From Elusimicrobiota bacterium (GTDB taxonomy: Bacteria; Elusimicrobiota; Elusimicrobia; UBA1565; UBA9628), in assembly GCA_016207605.1 (NCBI GenBank), contig JACQPJ010000036.1, positions 1,486 to 65,485 of the forward strand: a DNA stretch of 64,000 nt, read 5' to 3'. The notes under the pieces were generated by a model. The model was given only the letters and a program-made list of their open reading frames with translations, had not been told where the DNA came from and made no database searches. A program made the position numbers and the translations under genes. Within the stretch, counting starts at the first letter, position 1; the number at the start of each line of letters is the position of its first letter. This document shows positions 35,453-44,430 of the stretch, one piece after another.

Positions 35453-35480
35453 TGACAGACAGGCTCGCTGCCTATATAAT
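35452..35480 (+). promoter_or_regulatory. perfect sigma70 consensus promoter TTGACA-17 nt-TATAAT upstream of the AAA ATPase gene
   Basis: TTGACA at 35452-35457 and TATAAT at 35475-35480, counted directly. A perfect consensus is unusual in a GC-rich genome. Confidence 0.55.
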
Positions 35481-35510
35481 GGAGATGCTAACTCCTAAAA
35501 AGAAGAGTTT

Positions 35511-36680
35511 ATGGAAACTATAGGGAGATTTTTCAAACCGCCCAAGGACAGCTTTTTTCTCTTTGGCCCGCGCGGAACGGGAAAATCCACGTGGCTTAAG
35601 ACGAACGCTCCCGATGCGCTGTGGGCGGATCTCCTGGATCCGGACTCCTACCGCGCCTACGTGAGCCGTCCGGAACAATTGCGCGCGCTGGTGGACGGGC
35701 GTCCGGGGGTCTCCCAGGTCGTCATCGATGAAATCCAGAAGGTCCCGGCTCTCCTGGACGTGGTGCACCAACTGATCGAGGAGAAATCCCGCCGCCCCCT
35801 GCAGTTCATCCTCACGGGCTCCAGCAGCCGCAAGCTGCGGCGCGCCGGCGTGGACTTGCTTGCGGGCCGCGTGCTGCTCAAGACTCTGCACCCGTTTCTA
35901 GCCGCCGAACTCGGGAGCCGCTTCAACCTCGATCAAAGCCTGCGCTTGGGAACTTTGCCCCTCGTGCTGGCGGCCGCGGGACCGGAGGAAACGCTCAAGT
36001 CCTACATCGCCCTGTATCTCCGCGAGGAAGTTCAGGCGGAAGGCTTGGTTCGCAACGTCGGGAGCTTCTCCCGGTTTCTGGAAGCCATGAGCTTCTCGCA
36101 CGCCTCGCTCCTGAACACGGCGGAAGTCGCGCGCGAATGCCAAGTGGGGCGAAAAACCGTGGAAGGATTCGTGGAAGTCCTTGAAGACCTGCTCTTGGGA
36201 TTCCGGCTCCAAGTCTTCACTCGGAAAGCAAAAAGACACCTGGTTCAGCATCCGAAGTTCTACTACATGGACGCCGGCATCTTCCAAACGCTGCGGCCCA
36301 AGGGCCCGCTGGACGCTTCCGCCGAAACCGCGGGCGCAGCCCTGGAAGGCCTGGTCGCCCAGCAACTTCGCGCCTGGATCGCCTACGGCCAAAAAGACCG
36401 CCGGCTCAATTTCTGGCGCACGAAATCCGGCGTCGAGGTGGATTTTGTCGTCTATGGACAGGACACATTCCTGGCGGTGGAAGTGAAATCCTCCCGCCGC
36501 GTCTCCTCCAAGGACGTGCGCCCCTTGAAGGCGTTCCTGGAAGACTATCCCCAAGCTCGCGCCTGCCTTCTCTACGGCGGCCGCGAGCGCCTGCGCCTGG
36601 ACGGCATCCCCTGCCTGCCCTGCGGCGAATTCCTCGCGCGCCTCATCCCCGACGCCCCCGTCTCAGACCTCCTGAAGTAG
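35511..36680 (+). CDS. AAA-family ATPase (AAA_14 plus DUF4143 type, frequently island-borne)
   Basis: 389 aa. Motifs: Walker A FGPRGTGKST and Walker B VVIDEIQ. The C-terminal restriction-endonuclease-like region (EVDFVV..AVEVKSS) is typical of DUF4143 ATPases. Confidence 0.8.
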   Translation: METIGRFFKPPKDSFFLFGPRGTGKSTWLKTNAPDALWADLLDPDSYRAYVSRPEQLRALVDGRPGVSQVVIDEIQKVPALLDVVHQLIEEKSRRPLQFILTGSSSRKLRRAGVDLLAGRVLLKTLHPFLAAELGSRFNLDQSLRLGTLPLVLAAAGPEETLKSYIALYLREEVQAEGLVRNVGSFSRFLEAMSFSHASLLNTAEVARECQVGRKTVEGFVEVLEDLLLGFRLQVFTRKAKRHLVQHPKFYYMDAGIFQTLRPKGPLDASAETAGAALEGLVAQQLRAWIAYGQKDRRLNFWRTKSGVEVDFVVYGQDTFLAVEVKSSRRVSSKDVRPLKAFLEDYPQARACLLYGGRERLRLDGIPCLPCGEFLARLIPDAPVSDLLK

Positions 36681-36951
36681 AGAACTGCTCTTCCGCGGCC
36701 TCATCGCGGGAGCGATCTTTCGACGCCTGCCTTTCTGGACGGCCAACCTGCTTCAGGCCGCCGCGTTCCTGCTCCCCCATCTTCTGATTCTGCTCATCGC
36801 CCCCCGCCTATGGCCGCTCATGTTCCTTCCGCTGGCGCATGGGCTGGCCGCGGGCTGGCTGCGCCAAACCTCCGGAAGCATCGGGCCGGCAATCCTCCTG
36901 CACGCGATCCCCAACGTCGTCGGCGCGCTTTGGGTCATCCGCTGGCATTGA
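36676..36951 (+). pseudogene. 5'-truncated CPBP-family (CAAX/Abi) intramembrane protease remnant
   Basis: Not in the track. My translation of this frame gives (S)RELLFRGLIAGAIFRRLPFWTANLLQAAAFLLPHLL...GPAILLHAIPNVVGALWVIRWH*. It contains CPBP motifs 1-3 (E-LLFRG, F..PH, HxxxN). However, the frame opens right after a stop at 36673-36675, with no start codon and no N-terminal helices. Confidence 0.5.
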
Positions 36952-36967
36952 CGTCGCCATGGAGCAC

Positions 36968-36996
36968 TTATAAGTAGCACTTTTTAGGCTTATACT
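36968..36996 (+). promoter_or_regulatory. promoter-like TTATAA-17 nt-TATACT ending 5 nt before the GTG start of the Fic gene (leaderless-type)
   Basis: Hexamers and spacing read directly. The same -10 (TATACT) and geometry occur at 2213-2241. Confidence 0.4.
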
Positions 36997-37001
36997 GAGC
37001 C

Positions 37002-38159
37002 GTGCTCTCGGCCCTGCCGTCAAGAACGACGCCCGAACTGGACGAGCTCGCCGCCCGGGTTCTCGCGTCCTCGGCCGCGCTCGGCCGAGGCCTCCATCCC
37101 CTGATCTTGGAAGAGATCGCCCGCCTCATGGTCAAGGTCAACAGCTACTACACCAATGCCATGGAGGGCAATCCCTCCAAGCTCAAGGACATCGAGGCGG
37201 CCCTGAACAAGAAGTTCGCGAAGGACGAGACGAAACGGAATTTCCAGCGGGAGCACGTCGCTCATATCCAGGTCGAGGAGGCGATGCTCCAACGTCTAAA
37301 AGAGAACCCCTCCCCGCGCGTCTGCTCCGCGGATTTTCTTTGCTGGCTGCATAAAGAATTCTTTTTGAAACTTCCGCCGGAGCCGCGGCACGCCAAGACC
37401 GAAAGCGGCAAGCTGGTCGCCGTGGAGCCGGGCCGCCTGCGCGATCGCGGCATCACGGTCGGCCGGCATCACGGCCCGGAAACGAAAGCGGAAATCGAAG
37501 GCCACATGACCCGGTTCGAGGAGCTGCTGAGCCCCGAACGGCTGACGGGATCGCAAAAACTCCTCGGCATGGCGGCCTCCCATCACCGCTTTCTTTGGAT
37601 ACATCCCTTCCCCGAAGGCAACGGTCGCGTCGCGCGCCTGTTGACCACCGCCTACGGAATCCGGATCGGAGTCGGCGAAAACGGGCTTTGGACCGTCGCC
37701 CGCGCCTTCGCGCGCGAACGCGCGGAATACGATGGGCATCTGGCCCAAGCGGACCTGCCCCGGCGCAACGACCTCGACGGCCGAGGCCCTCTCTCCGAGG
37801 AAGGACTGATCGCGTTCTGCGCCTTCTTCCTGCGCGGATGCGCCGATCAAATCCAGTTCATGGACCGGATGCTCCGGCTTCAGGAACTCGATCGCCGCTA
37901 CAAGCGCTTTGTCGCCGGACTCGCCGCCGAAAAGCAGGTCTCAAAAGCCGGCGCGAAGGTCATGGACCGCCTTCTGCTCCAAGGCGAAGTCCCCCGCGCG
38001 CAGATTCAGGAAATCTGCGGCGTCAAGAAGCGCCGCATGACCCAGATCGCCCAGGAGCTTCTCGCCGCGCGCCTGACGCGCAGCGAATCGGCCTACGGCC
38101 CGCTGCGCCTCAATGTCTCGGCCGACATGGCCGCCGTGCTCTTCCCGGAACTGGCCTAA
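37002..38159 (+). CDS. Fic family protein (second Fic protein in the window)
   Basis: 385 aa with a GTG start. It has the Fic motif HPFPEGNGRVARLL. Confidence 0.8.
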   Translation: MLSALPSRTTPELDELAARVLASSAALGRGLHPLILEEIARLMVKVNSYYTNAMEGNPSKLKDIEAALNKKFAKDETKRNFQREHVAHIQVEEAMLQRLKENPSPRVCSADFLCWLHKEFFLKLPPEPRHAKTESGKLVAVEPGRLRDRGITVGRHHGPETKAEIEGHMTRFEELLSPERLTGSQKLLGMAASHHRFLWIHPFPEGNGRVARLLTTAYGIRIGVGENGLWTVARAFARERAEYDGHLAQADLPRRNDLDGRGPLSEEGLIAFCAFFLRGCADQIQFMDRMLRLQELDRRYKRFVAGLAAEKQVSKAGAKVMDRLLLQGEVPRAQIQEICGVKKRRMTQIAQELLAARLTRSESAYGPLRLNVSADMAAVLFPELA

Positions 38160-38692
38160 ACGCGCGGCAGCTTGGGGACGTCGCCGAGGAGCTCGGGCAT
38201 GTTCCAGATCATGTCCCGGCGGGTGTAGGCGCTCAACTCGACGTCCTGGGCGTCCATGCGGATGGCGTCGACGGGGCAGGCCTCGACGCAGTAGCCGCAG
38301 AAGACGCACAGGCCCAGGTCGATGTCGAAGGTCTTGGCGCGCTTCTCGATGCGCGGGTCGGGGGCGTCCTCGGCGGTGATGCGGATGCATTTGGCGGGGC
38401 AGATGGTCTCGCAGAGGAGGCAGGCGGTGCAGCGCGGCGCGCCGTCGCCGCGCTTGAGCAGGCGGTGGCGCGTGCGCGCGCGGCGGCCGAGGACGGCGGG
38501 GTCCTCGGGGTACTGGATGGTGACGGCCCCGGGCGCGGCGGTCTTGACGCCCAGGGCGCGCAGGGCGTGGCGGCCGAGGTTGACGAAGAGGTGGCGGAAG
38601 GTGATCGCTAAGCCGCGCCAGACCTCGAGAAGATAGATTTGGGTGCCGAACGTGCGCCGAGGACGCTCCACCGGCCGGACGGTCATCGCCAC
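38156..38692 (-). CDS. nuoI: NADH-quinone oxidoreductase subunit I
   Basis: 178 aa with two 4Fe-4S ferredoxin motifs: CTACLLCETICP and CVFCGYCVEACP. Confidence 0.9.
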   Translation of the reverse strand: MAMTVRPVERPRRTFGTQIYLLEVWRGLAITFRHLFVNLGRHALRALGVKTAAPGAVTIQYPEDPAVLGRRARTRHRLLKRGDGAPRCTACLLCETICPAKCIRITAEDAPDPRIEKRAKTFDIDLGLCVFCGYCVEACPVDAIRMDAQDVELSAYTRRDMIWNMPELLGDVPKLPRV

Positions 38693-39729
38693 AAGTAAAT
38701 CCCCCAGATGGTCGCCAGGAAGTTGAGCAAAGACAGCGGCAGAAGATTTTTCCAGCCCAAATCGAGGAGCTGATCAAAACGAAAACGCGGCAAGGTCCAA
38801 CGAATCTGCATTAAAAGAAACAACAGCAATAGGACCTTGACCGAGAATGATGCTGCCATCAGCAGGCCGCCCAGAGCGCCCATGCCCGGCAAGTTGAGAC
38901 CGGGGACGGACCAGCCGCCCAAAAATAACGCCGTGACGAGGCCGCAGATCACGATGGACTCGACGAAGTCGGTCATCAGGAACATGCCGAACTTCATGCC
39001 GGAGTATTCGACGTGGTAGCCGACGATCTCGGACTCGCCCTCGGGCAGGTCGAAGGGCGCGCGTTTGGTGGCCGCGGCGCCGGCGGTCAAAAAGAGCAGA
39101 AAAGCCAAGGGCTGGACGAAAATTCCCCACAAACCATGACGGACCTGCCAGAGAACCGCCTCTTGCAGGTCCAAGGTGCCGTACAAAAAGAGCACGCCGG
39201 CCAAGGAAGCGGCCAGGCACACCTCGTAGGCGACCATCTGCGCCGCGCCGCGCAGGGCCCCGAGCAGGCCGTAGCCGGAGCCCGAGGCGTAGCCCGCCAT
39301 CACGATTCCATGCGCGCCCAAGGCCAGGACGGCCAGGACCAGCGGCACGCCGACCGGGGAAGCGATGGGCTGGAGGTCCCACGCGCGGCCGAGCGCCGTC
39401 ACCGTCCCGCCGAAAGGCAGGGCCGCCAGGCAGAAGAGGCCTGCGCCCAGCGAGATCATGGGAGCCAGGGCGTGGAGGGTCTTGTCCGCGCCGCGGGGGA
39501 CGAAGTCCTCCTTGGTCAGCATCTTGATCGCGTCGGCGATCGGGTGGAAAAGCCCCAGGGCTCGGAAGCCGAAAATGGAGGCCCGGTTGGCGCCGATGCG
39601 GTCCTGCATCACCGCGCTCTGCTTGCGTTCCACCCAGCCGAGAAAGCCGGCGATGCCGAGGCCGAAGCCGAAGATCGCGAAGACGACCTTGGCGGCGGTC
39701 CAGGCGGCCTGGTCGAGGGCGAGGCTCAT
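38683..39729 (-). CDS. nuoH: NADH-quinone oxidoreductase subunit H
   Basis: 348 aa, polytopic. Its position and sequence pattern (..VMQDRIGANR.., EGESEIVGYHVEYSGMKF) match NuoH/ND1. Confidence 0.9.
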   Translation of the reverse strand: MSLALDQAAWTAAKVVFAIFGFGLGIAGFLGWVERKQSAVMQDRIGANRASIFGFRALGLFHPIADAIKMLTKEDFVPRGADKTLHALAPMISLGAGLFCLAALPFGGTVTALGRAWDLQPIASPVGVPLVLAVLALGAHGIVMAGYASGSGYGLLGALRGAAQMVAYEVCLAASLAGVLFLYGTLDLQEAVLWQVRHGLWGIFVQPLAFLLFLTAGAAATKRAPFDLPEGESEIVGYHVEYSGMKFGMFLMTDFVESIVICGLVTALFLGGWSVPGLNLPGMGALGGLLMAASFSVKVLLLLFLLMQIRWTLPRFRFDQLLDLGWKNLLPLSLLNFLATIWGIYLWR

Positions 39730-41246
39730 GCCGCGGCCCCTTCCCGCGAGCGAATCCCCTCCAGGGCCGCGGCCACCAAGCCGAAGATGGCCGCGTCCGG
39801 CCGCGCCGCGCCGATGGGGTCAAGGGCCCGGCGGTAGGCCTGGACCCGGCCCTCGAAGTTCGTGAAGTGACCCTCCTCCTCGACGTAGGCGGTGGCGGGC
39901 AGGCGGTAGGCATACGCATCTCCCAAAGCGCCCTTGAAGGGGCTCTGATAGACGGTCAATTCGGGCTTGGCCAAAAGCTCGGCCGCCCTGCGGCCCCAGA
40001 CGCGGTCGAGATCCCGCTCGATCACCCACAGGCCCCAGATTTTGCCGGCGGCCAGGTCCGCGGCCAGAGCGTCGAAGGAGCCGCCGCGCAGGCCCAGGGC
40101 CTCGGCGGCCTTGAGGTTGGGGACCTTCTCGCGCCGGCGCAGGAGTTCGTCCTGCTCGCCGACCTGGTCCGGGTCCGCCGCAAAGTAGAGGCGCGGGAGC
40201 TTGAGCGCGTCGACGAACAGCGCCTTGAACGCGGCCCAGTCCTCGTTGGAAAGGGCGCCGGAGGCGGCCACGGCCAGGCCCTCGGGGCCCCCGGCCGCCA
40301 GGCCCCCGCGCAGGCGGCCGGCGAGCTCCGCGGCCAGCACCTCCCAGGACAGCTCCTCGCGCGACGGCCGCAGGCGCAGGACCTTGCCCAGCCGGTTCTC
40401 ATCAAGAGACTTGTAGGAATAGCGCCCCTCGTCGCAGATCCAGTGGCCGTTGACCGCGGCGTTGTAGCGCGGCTTGAGCCGCGCCACGCGCCGCCCGCCG
40501 TTGTGCCAGGGGCGCTTGGTGCTGGTGTGCACGGAGATGCTGCAGCCGCGCGCGCAGCCGGGGCAGATCGAGTCGGTCTTGTCCAGGTACCAGACGCGGA
40601 CTTTGTAGCGGAAGTCGCGGTCGGTGAGGGCCCCGACCGGGCAGAGATCCACCACGTTGCCGGAGTAGGCGTTGTCGAGGACCTTGTCGGGCGCCAGGTC
40701 GAGGCGCTCCTCGTGCCCCCGCCCGAAGATGCCCAGCTCGTGGGTCTTGGTCACGTCATCGACGAAGCGCGTGCAGCGGGTGCAGAGGATGCAGCGCTCC
40801 TGGTCGAGCATCACGTGGGGGCCGGCCTCGACGCGCTTGCTCTTGTGCTCCTTGTCTTCGCGCGCCTGGCTCTGGTAGCGGCCGACCGTCATGTAGTAGT
40901 CCTGGAGCCCGCACTCGCCGGACTGGTCGCAGACCGGACAGTCGAGCGGGTGGTTGACCAGGTGCAGCTCCAGGGCGGAGGCCTGCGCGCGCTTGGCCGC
41001 GGGCGAGTCGGAGCGGACGTCGAGCCCCTCGCGCACGGCCAGGCGGCAGGAGACCTGGGGCTTGGGCGCGCCCGCGACCTCGACGACGCACATGCGGCAG
41101 TTGCCGGGGTTGCCCAGGGCCGGGTGGTAGCAGTAGTGCGGGATCTCGACGCCGGCGTCCTTGGCCGCGTCGATGACGAGCCGGCCCTCCTCGGCCTCGA
41201 CCGTGCGCCCGTTGAGCTGGAAGGTGACGTGCCTAGGAGTTGCCAC
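39726..41246 (-). CDS. nuoG: NADH-quinone oxidoreductase subunit G (short form, 506 aa)
   Basis: The N-terminus has the 2Fe-2S and 4Fe-4S cluster motifs: CYHPALGNPGNCRMCVVEV, HPLDCPVCDQSGECGLQD, CILCTRCTRF. The C-terminal molybdopterin-like region is much shorter than in E. coli NuoG. Confidence 0.85.
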   Translation of the reverse strand: MATPRHVTFQLNGRTVEAEEGRLVIDAAKDAGVEIPHYCYHPALGNPGNCRMCVVEVAGAPKPQVSCRLAVREGLDVRSDSPAAKRAQASALELHLVNHPLDCPVCDQSGECGLQDYYMTVGRYQSQAREDKEHKSKRVEAGPHVMLDQERCILCTRCTRFVDDVTKTHELGIFGRGHEERLDLAPDKVLDNAYSGNVVDLCPVGALTDRDFRYKVRVWYLDKTDSICPGCARGCSISVHTSTKRPWHNGGRRVARLKPRYNAAVNGHWICDEGRYSYKSLDENRLGKVLRLRPSREELSWEVLAAELAGRLRGGLAAGGPEGLAVAASGALSNEDWAAFKALFVDALKLPRLYFAADPDQVGEQDELLRRREKVPNLKAAEALGLRGGSFDALAADLAAGKIWGLWVIERDLDRVWGRRAAELLAKPELTVYQSPFKGALGDAYAYRLPATAYVEEEGHFTNFEGRVQAYRRALDPIGAARPDAAIFGLVAAALEGIRSREGAAA

Positions 41247-42462
41247 GAGGGATTTTCGCCTTGAAGTCGTCGGGGAACTTGCCCAGCCAGGCGCGCGCGA
41301 CCACGCCCACGGTGTCGCCCAGCGCGCAGATGACCTTGCCCGTGATGTTCTCGCCCACGCGCTTGAGGTTGTCCAGGTCCTCCGGGACGCCCCCGCCGCG
41401 GAGCAGGCGCTCCAGAATGCGCTCCAGCCAGGCCGCGCCCTCGCGGCAGGGCGTGCACTGGCCGCAGGACTCGTGGGAGAGGAAGCGCTCGATGTTGTGG
41501 GCGACCGCGACCGCGTCGGCGCTCTCGTCGAGCACGATCATGCCGCCCGCCCCCAGGAAAGTGCCGGCCGCGCGCACCGCGTCGAAATCAAGCGCGACGT
41601 CGAGGTCCTTCTCCACCAGCGGCGGCATCGAGGTGCCCCCCGGGATCACGGCCTTGAGCCGCCTGCCCCCGCGCACGCCGCCCGCCAGGGCGAGCACGTC
41701 GCGCAGCTTGGAGCCCATCGGCACTTCATACACGCCCGGCTTCTCGACGTGCCCCGAAACGGAGAAGAGGACCGTGCCGCCGTTGCGGGCCGAACCGATC
41801 TTGGCGAAAACCTCGCCGCCCTCGCGCAGGATGAACGGAAGCATGGATAATGTCTCGACGTTGTTGACCACCGTGGGTTTGCCCATGAGGCCGGCGACCG
41901 TGGGAAAGGGCGGCGGCTGACGGGGCCAGGCCTTCTTGCCTTCCATCGTCTCCAGCAGGGCGGTGTCGAGCCCGGAGATGTAGGCCCCCGCGCCGCGCAT
42001 CAGCGAGATCGAGGCGGCCTTCGTCCAGCCGGCGGCGTCGGCCTCTTGGACGGCCTTTTCCAGAATGTCGTATTGGTTCTGATACTCGCCGCGCAGGAAA
42101 ATGAAGGTCTCCTTGGCGCCGACGGCGTGCGCCGCGATCAGCAGGCCCTCGAGGAGCTGGTGCGGCGCGCGCGTCAGCAGGACGCGGTCCTTGAAGCACC
42201 CGGGCTCCGACTCGTCGGCGTTGACGACCACGTAGCGCGGCCCGGGGACCTTGTCCTCCGGCGGCACCGTCTCCCACTTCATGCCCACGGGGAATCCCGC
42301 GCCGCCCAGGCCCCGCAGGTTGGACTTCTTGACCTCGGCCGTGACCGCGGCGGGCGCCATGGCGCGCGCCTTCTGAAGAGCCTCGTAGCCGCCCAGCCGG
42401 CGGTAGGTCTCCAGCTCGTGGAGGCGAGGCTCGTCGAAGTGTTTGGTGAGAATTTTAGTCAT
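41233..42462 (-). CDS. nuoF: NADH-quinone oxidoreductase subunit F
   Basis: 409 aa. Motifs: GLGGAGFPVGMKW, the NADH/FMN site motifs, and ESCGQCTPCREG for the 4Fe-4S cluster. Confidence 0.9.
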   Translation of the reverse strand: MTKILTKHFDEPRLHELETYRRLGGYEALQKARAMAPAAVTAEVKKSNLRGLGGAGFPVGMKWETVPPEDKVPGPRYVVVNADESEPGCFKDRVLLTRAPHQLLEGLLIAAHAVGAKETFIFLRGEYQNQYDILEKAVQEADAAGWTKAASISLMRGAGAYISGLDTALLETMEGKKAWPRQPPPFPTVAGLMGKPTVVNNVETLSMLPFILREGGEVFAKIGSARNGGTVLFSVSGHVEKPGVYEVPMGSKLRDVLALAGGVRGGRRLKAVIPGGTSMPPLVEKDLDVALDFDAVRAAGTFLGAGGMIVLDESADAVAVAHNIERFLSHESCGQCTPCREGAAWLERILERLLRGGGVPEDLDNLKRVGENITGKVICALGDTVGVVARAWLGKFPDDFKAKIPRGNS

Positions 42463-42949
42463 GCCGCTCCTCCGCCAGCGTGGCGATCATTTTTTCCGTC
42501 GCCGCGCCTTTCAAGCGGTCATTGACCTGGAGGGCGGGGGCCTGCTCGCAGGCGCCCAGGCATTCCATCGGCTCCCAAGAGAACTTTCCGTCGGGGGTGA
42601 CCGCGCGGGCCTTGACCCCGAGCGTCTTCTCCAGGCAAGCCTCCATCGCGTCGGAGCCGGCCAGCCAGCAGGACAGGCCGCGGCACGAACCAATGCGATA
42701 TTTTCCGACCGGCTTCATCGTAAATGCCGGGAAAAACGTCGCCACGCCCCAGACATGGCTGAAGGGCATGTGAAATATTTCGGCGACGCGGGATGCCGTC
42801 TCGGGAGAGATCATGCGGTGCCAGTCCTGAACCGAGCGCAGCGCCTCGACCAGGCCCATGTTCGGGTAGGGATAGCGCGTCGTCCACTCCGTCAAGATTT
42901 TCTCCTGCTCGGGCGAAAACGGCGATTTCACGGGAGCCTGGGCGCTCAT
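42455..42949 (-). CDS. nuoE: NADH-quinone oxidoreductase subunit E
   Basis: The track ORF 42455..44083 is trimmed to Met-379. The product is 164 aa with thioredoxin-like 2Fe-2S motifs CRGLSC and CLGACEQAP. Confidence 0.9.
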   Translation of the reverse strand: MSAQAPVKSPFSPEQEKILTEWTTRYPYPNMGLVEALRSVQDWHRMISPETASRVAEIFHMPFSHVWGVATFFPAFTMKPVGKYRIGSCRGLSCWLAGSDAMEACLEKTLGVKARAVTPDGKFSWEPMECLGACEQAPALQVNDRLKGAATEKMIATLAEERHD

Positions 42950-44289
42950 CGGTCCAGCTCCCCCGCGATCATGTTGACCGAGCCGAAGGTCGGAACGATG
43001 TCGGCGATCAGGGCGCCCCGAAGCAGCTCGGGCAGGGCGGCCATGATGAAGAGGCAGGGCGGACGGCAGCGCAGGCGGTAGGGACCGTCGCCGCCGGCGC
43101 TGACGGCGTGGAAGCCGAGCTCTCCGTTGCCTCCCTCCACGGCGGAGTAGGTCTCGCCCGCCGGGATCTTGATGCCCCAGGACCACATCACCAGCTCGAA
43201 ATGGTTCATCAAGCCTTCGATGTTGGTATAGGTTTGTTCCTTGGTCGGCAAAGTGACCGCGCGATCGCCGGCGCGCGTGGCGGCGGCCGCGGCCGGACCC
43301 ATGCCCTCCAAGGTCTGGTCCACCCTGGCCGCGTACTTGCGCAGCAGCGCGGTGTCGCCGAACTTGCCCAGGTCCTGAATCTCGTAGGCGTCCTTCATCT
43401 CCTTGGGATCGAGGGAGTGCGGGCCCGCGGGGATCTTCTCCAGGCACTGCTCGACCAGGCGCAAGGACTGCTCGATCTCGGCCATGCGGCAGAGGTAGCG
43501 GTCGTAGTTGTCGCCGGCCCTGCCCACGGGAATGTCGAAGTCGAGCCGGTCGTAGACCAGGTGGGGATGGGCGCGGCGCACGTCGTAGGGAACGCCGCTG
43601 GCGCGCAGGAAGGGGCCGGTGATCCCGTAGGCCAGCGCCCGCTCCTTGGAACAGACGCCCGTGCCCTCCATCCGATCCATGAAGATGCGGTTCTTGGTCA
43701 GGAGTTGGTCGCTCTCGGAGACGGCCTCCCGCACTTTGGCGGCTGCGCCGCGAAATCCCGCCGCGAAGTCGGCCGGCAGGTCGGCCTTGACCCCCCCCAC
43801 GCGCGTGAAGGCGGTGGTGATGCGCGCGCCCGTGAGCTGGTCGATGAGCTGGTAGAGGTATTCGCGCGCCTTGATCATGTAGAGGAAGACGGTGAAGGCG
43901 CCCAGCTCCATCGCGGAAGCGCCCACGCAGGTGAGATGGTCGGTCACGCGCGAGATCTCGCAGGCGATGGTCCGGATGTGCTGGCCGCGCTCGGGGACAA
44001 CGATGCCGCCGAGCTTCTCGACCGCCAGCGCGTAGCCGACGTTGTTGATCAGCGGCGAAACGTAATTGAGCCGGTCCGTCCAAGGCACGACGTTGTTCCA
44101 GGTCTCCGCCTCGGCGTGCTTCTCGAAGGCGCGGTGCAGGTAGCCGATCTCGCAGTCGGCCGAGGCGACGCGCTCCCCCTCCAGCTCCAGGATCAGGCGC
44201 ACGACCCCGTGCATGGCCGGGTGGGCCGGGCCCATGTTGAGCATGTACGTCTTTTGGCTGCGTTCAGTCGCGTGAGTGCCGTTTTCCAT
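42946..44289 (-). CDS. nuoD: NADH-quinone oxidoreductase subunit D
   Basis: 447 aa. Motifs: MLNMGPAHPAMHGVVRL, LGYLHRAFEK-like, and a C-terminus IADIVPTFGSVNMIAGELDR typical of NuoD. Confidence 0.9.
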   Translation of the reverse strand: MENGTHATERSQKTYMLNMGPAHPAMHGVVRLILELEGERVASADCEIGYLHRAFEKHAEAETWNNVVPWTDRLNYVSPLINNVGYALAVEKLGGIVVPERGQHIRTIACEISRVTDHLTCVGASAMELGAFTVFLYMIKAREYLYQLIDQLTGARITTAFTRVGGVKADLPADFAAGFRGAAAKVREAVSESDQLLTKNRIFMDRMEGTGVCSKERALAYGITGPFLRASGVPYDVRRAHPHLVYDRLDFDIPVGRAGDNYDRYLCRMAEIEQSLRLVEQCLEKIPAGPHSLDPKEMKDAYEIQDLGKFGDTALLRKYAARVDQTLEGMGPAAAAATRAGDRAVTLPTKEQTYTNIEGLMNHFELVMWSWGIKIPAGETYSAVEGGNGELGFHAVSAGGDGPYRLRCRPPCLFIMAALPELLRGALIADIVPTFGSVNMIAGELDR

Positions 44290-44430
44290 GAATGGCTTAC
44301 ATCAAAAATGAACCACAAAGACACGAAGACGCGAAGCGCGTTGGATCGAGAAAAAACTCGAATCTGTTTTTGTGAACTTTGTGTCTTTGTGGTTTTATTT
44401 TCATGCTTACTCTGGAGCAAGCCGCTGTTT
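44290..44430. other. AT-rich 141-nt structured spacer between nuoC and nuoD containing a perfect 14-bp inverted repeat
   Basis: AACCACAAAGACAC (44311-44324) pairs with GTGTCTTTGTGGTT (44381-44394). Inner mini-hairpins are CGCG-AAG-CGCG and CGAG-AAAAAA-CTCG. All other nuo junctions overlap or are at most 23 nt. Confidence 0.6.

Noticed and set aside
36676-36951. Treating the CPBP-like frame as an intact small gene
   Set aside because: The frame opens directly after an in-frame stop with no ATG, GTG or TTG near its beginning, and it lacks the N-terminal helices of the family. I annotated it as a probable remnant instead.
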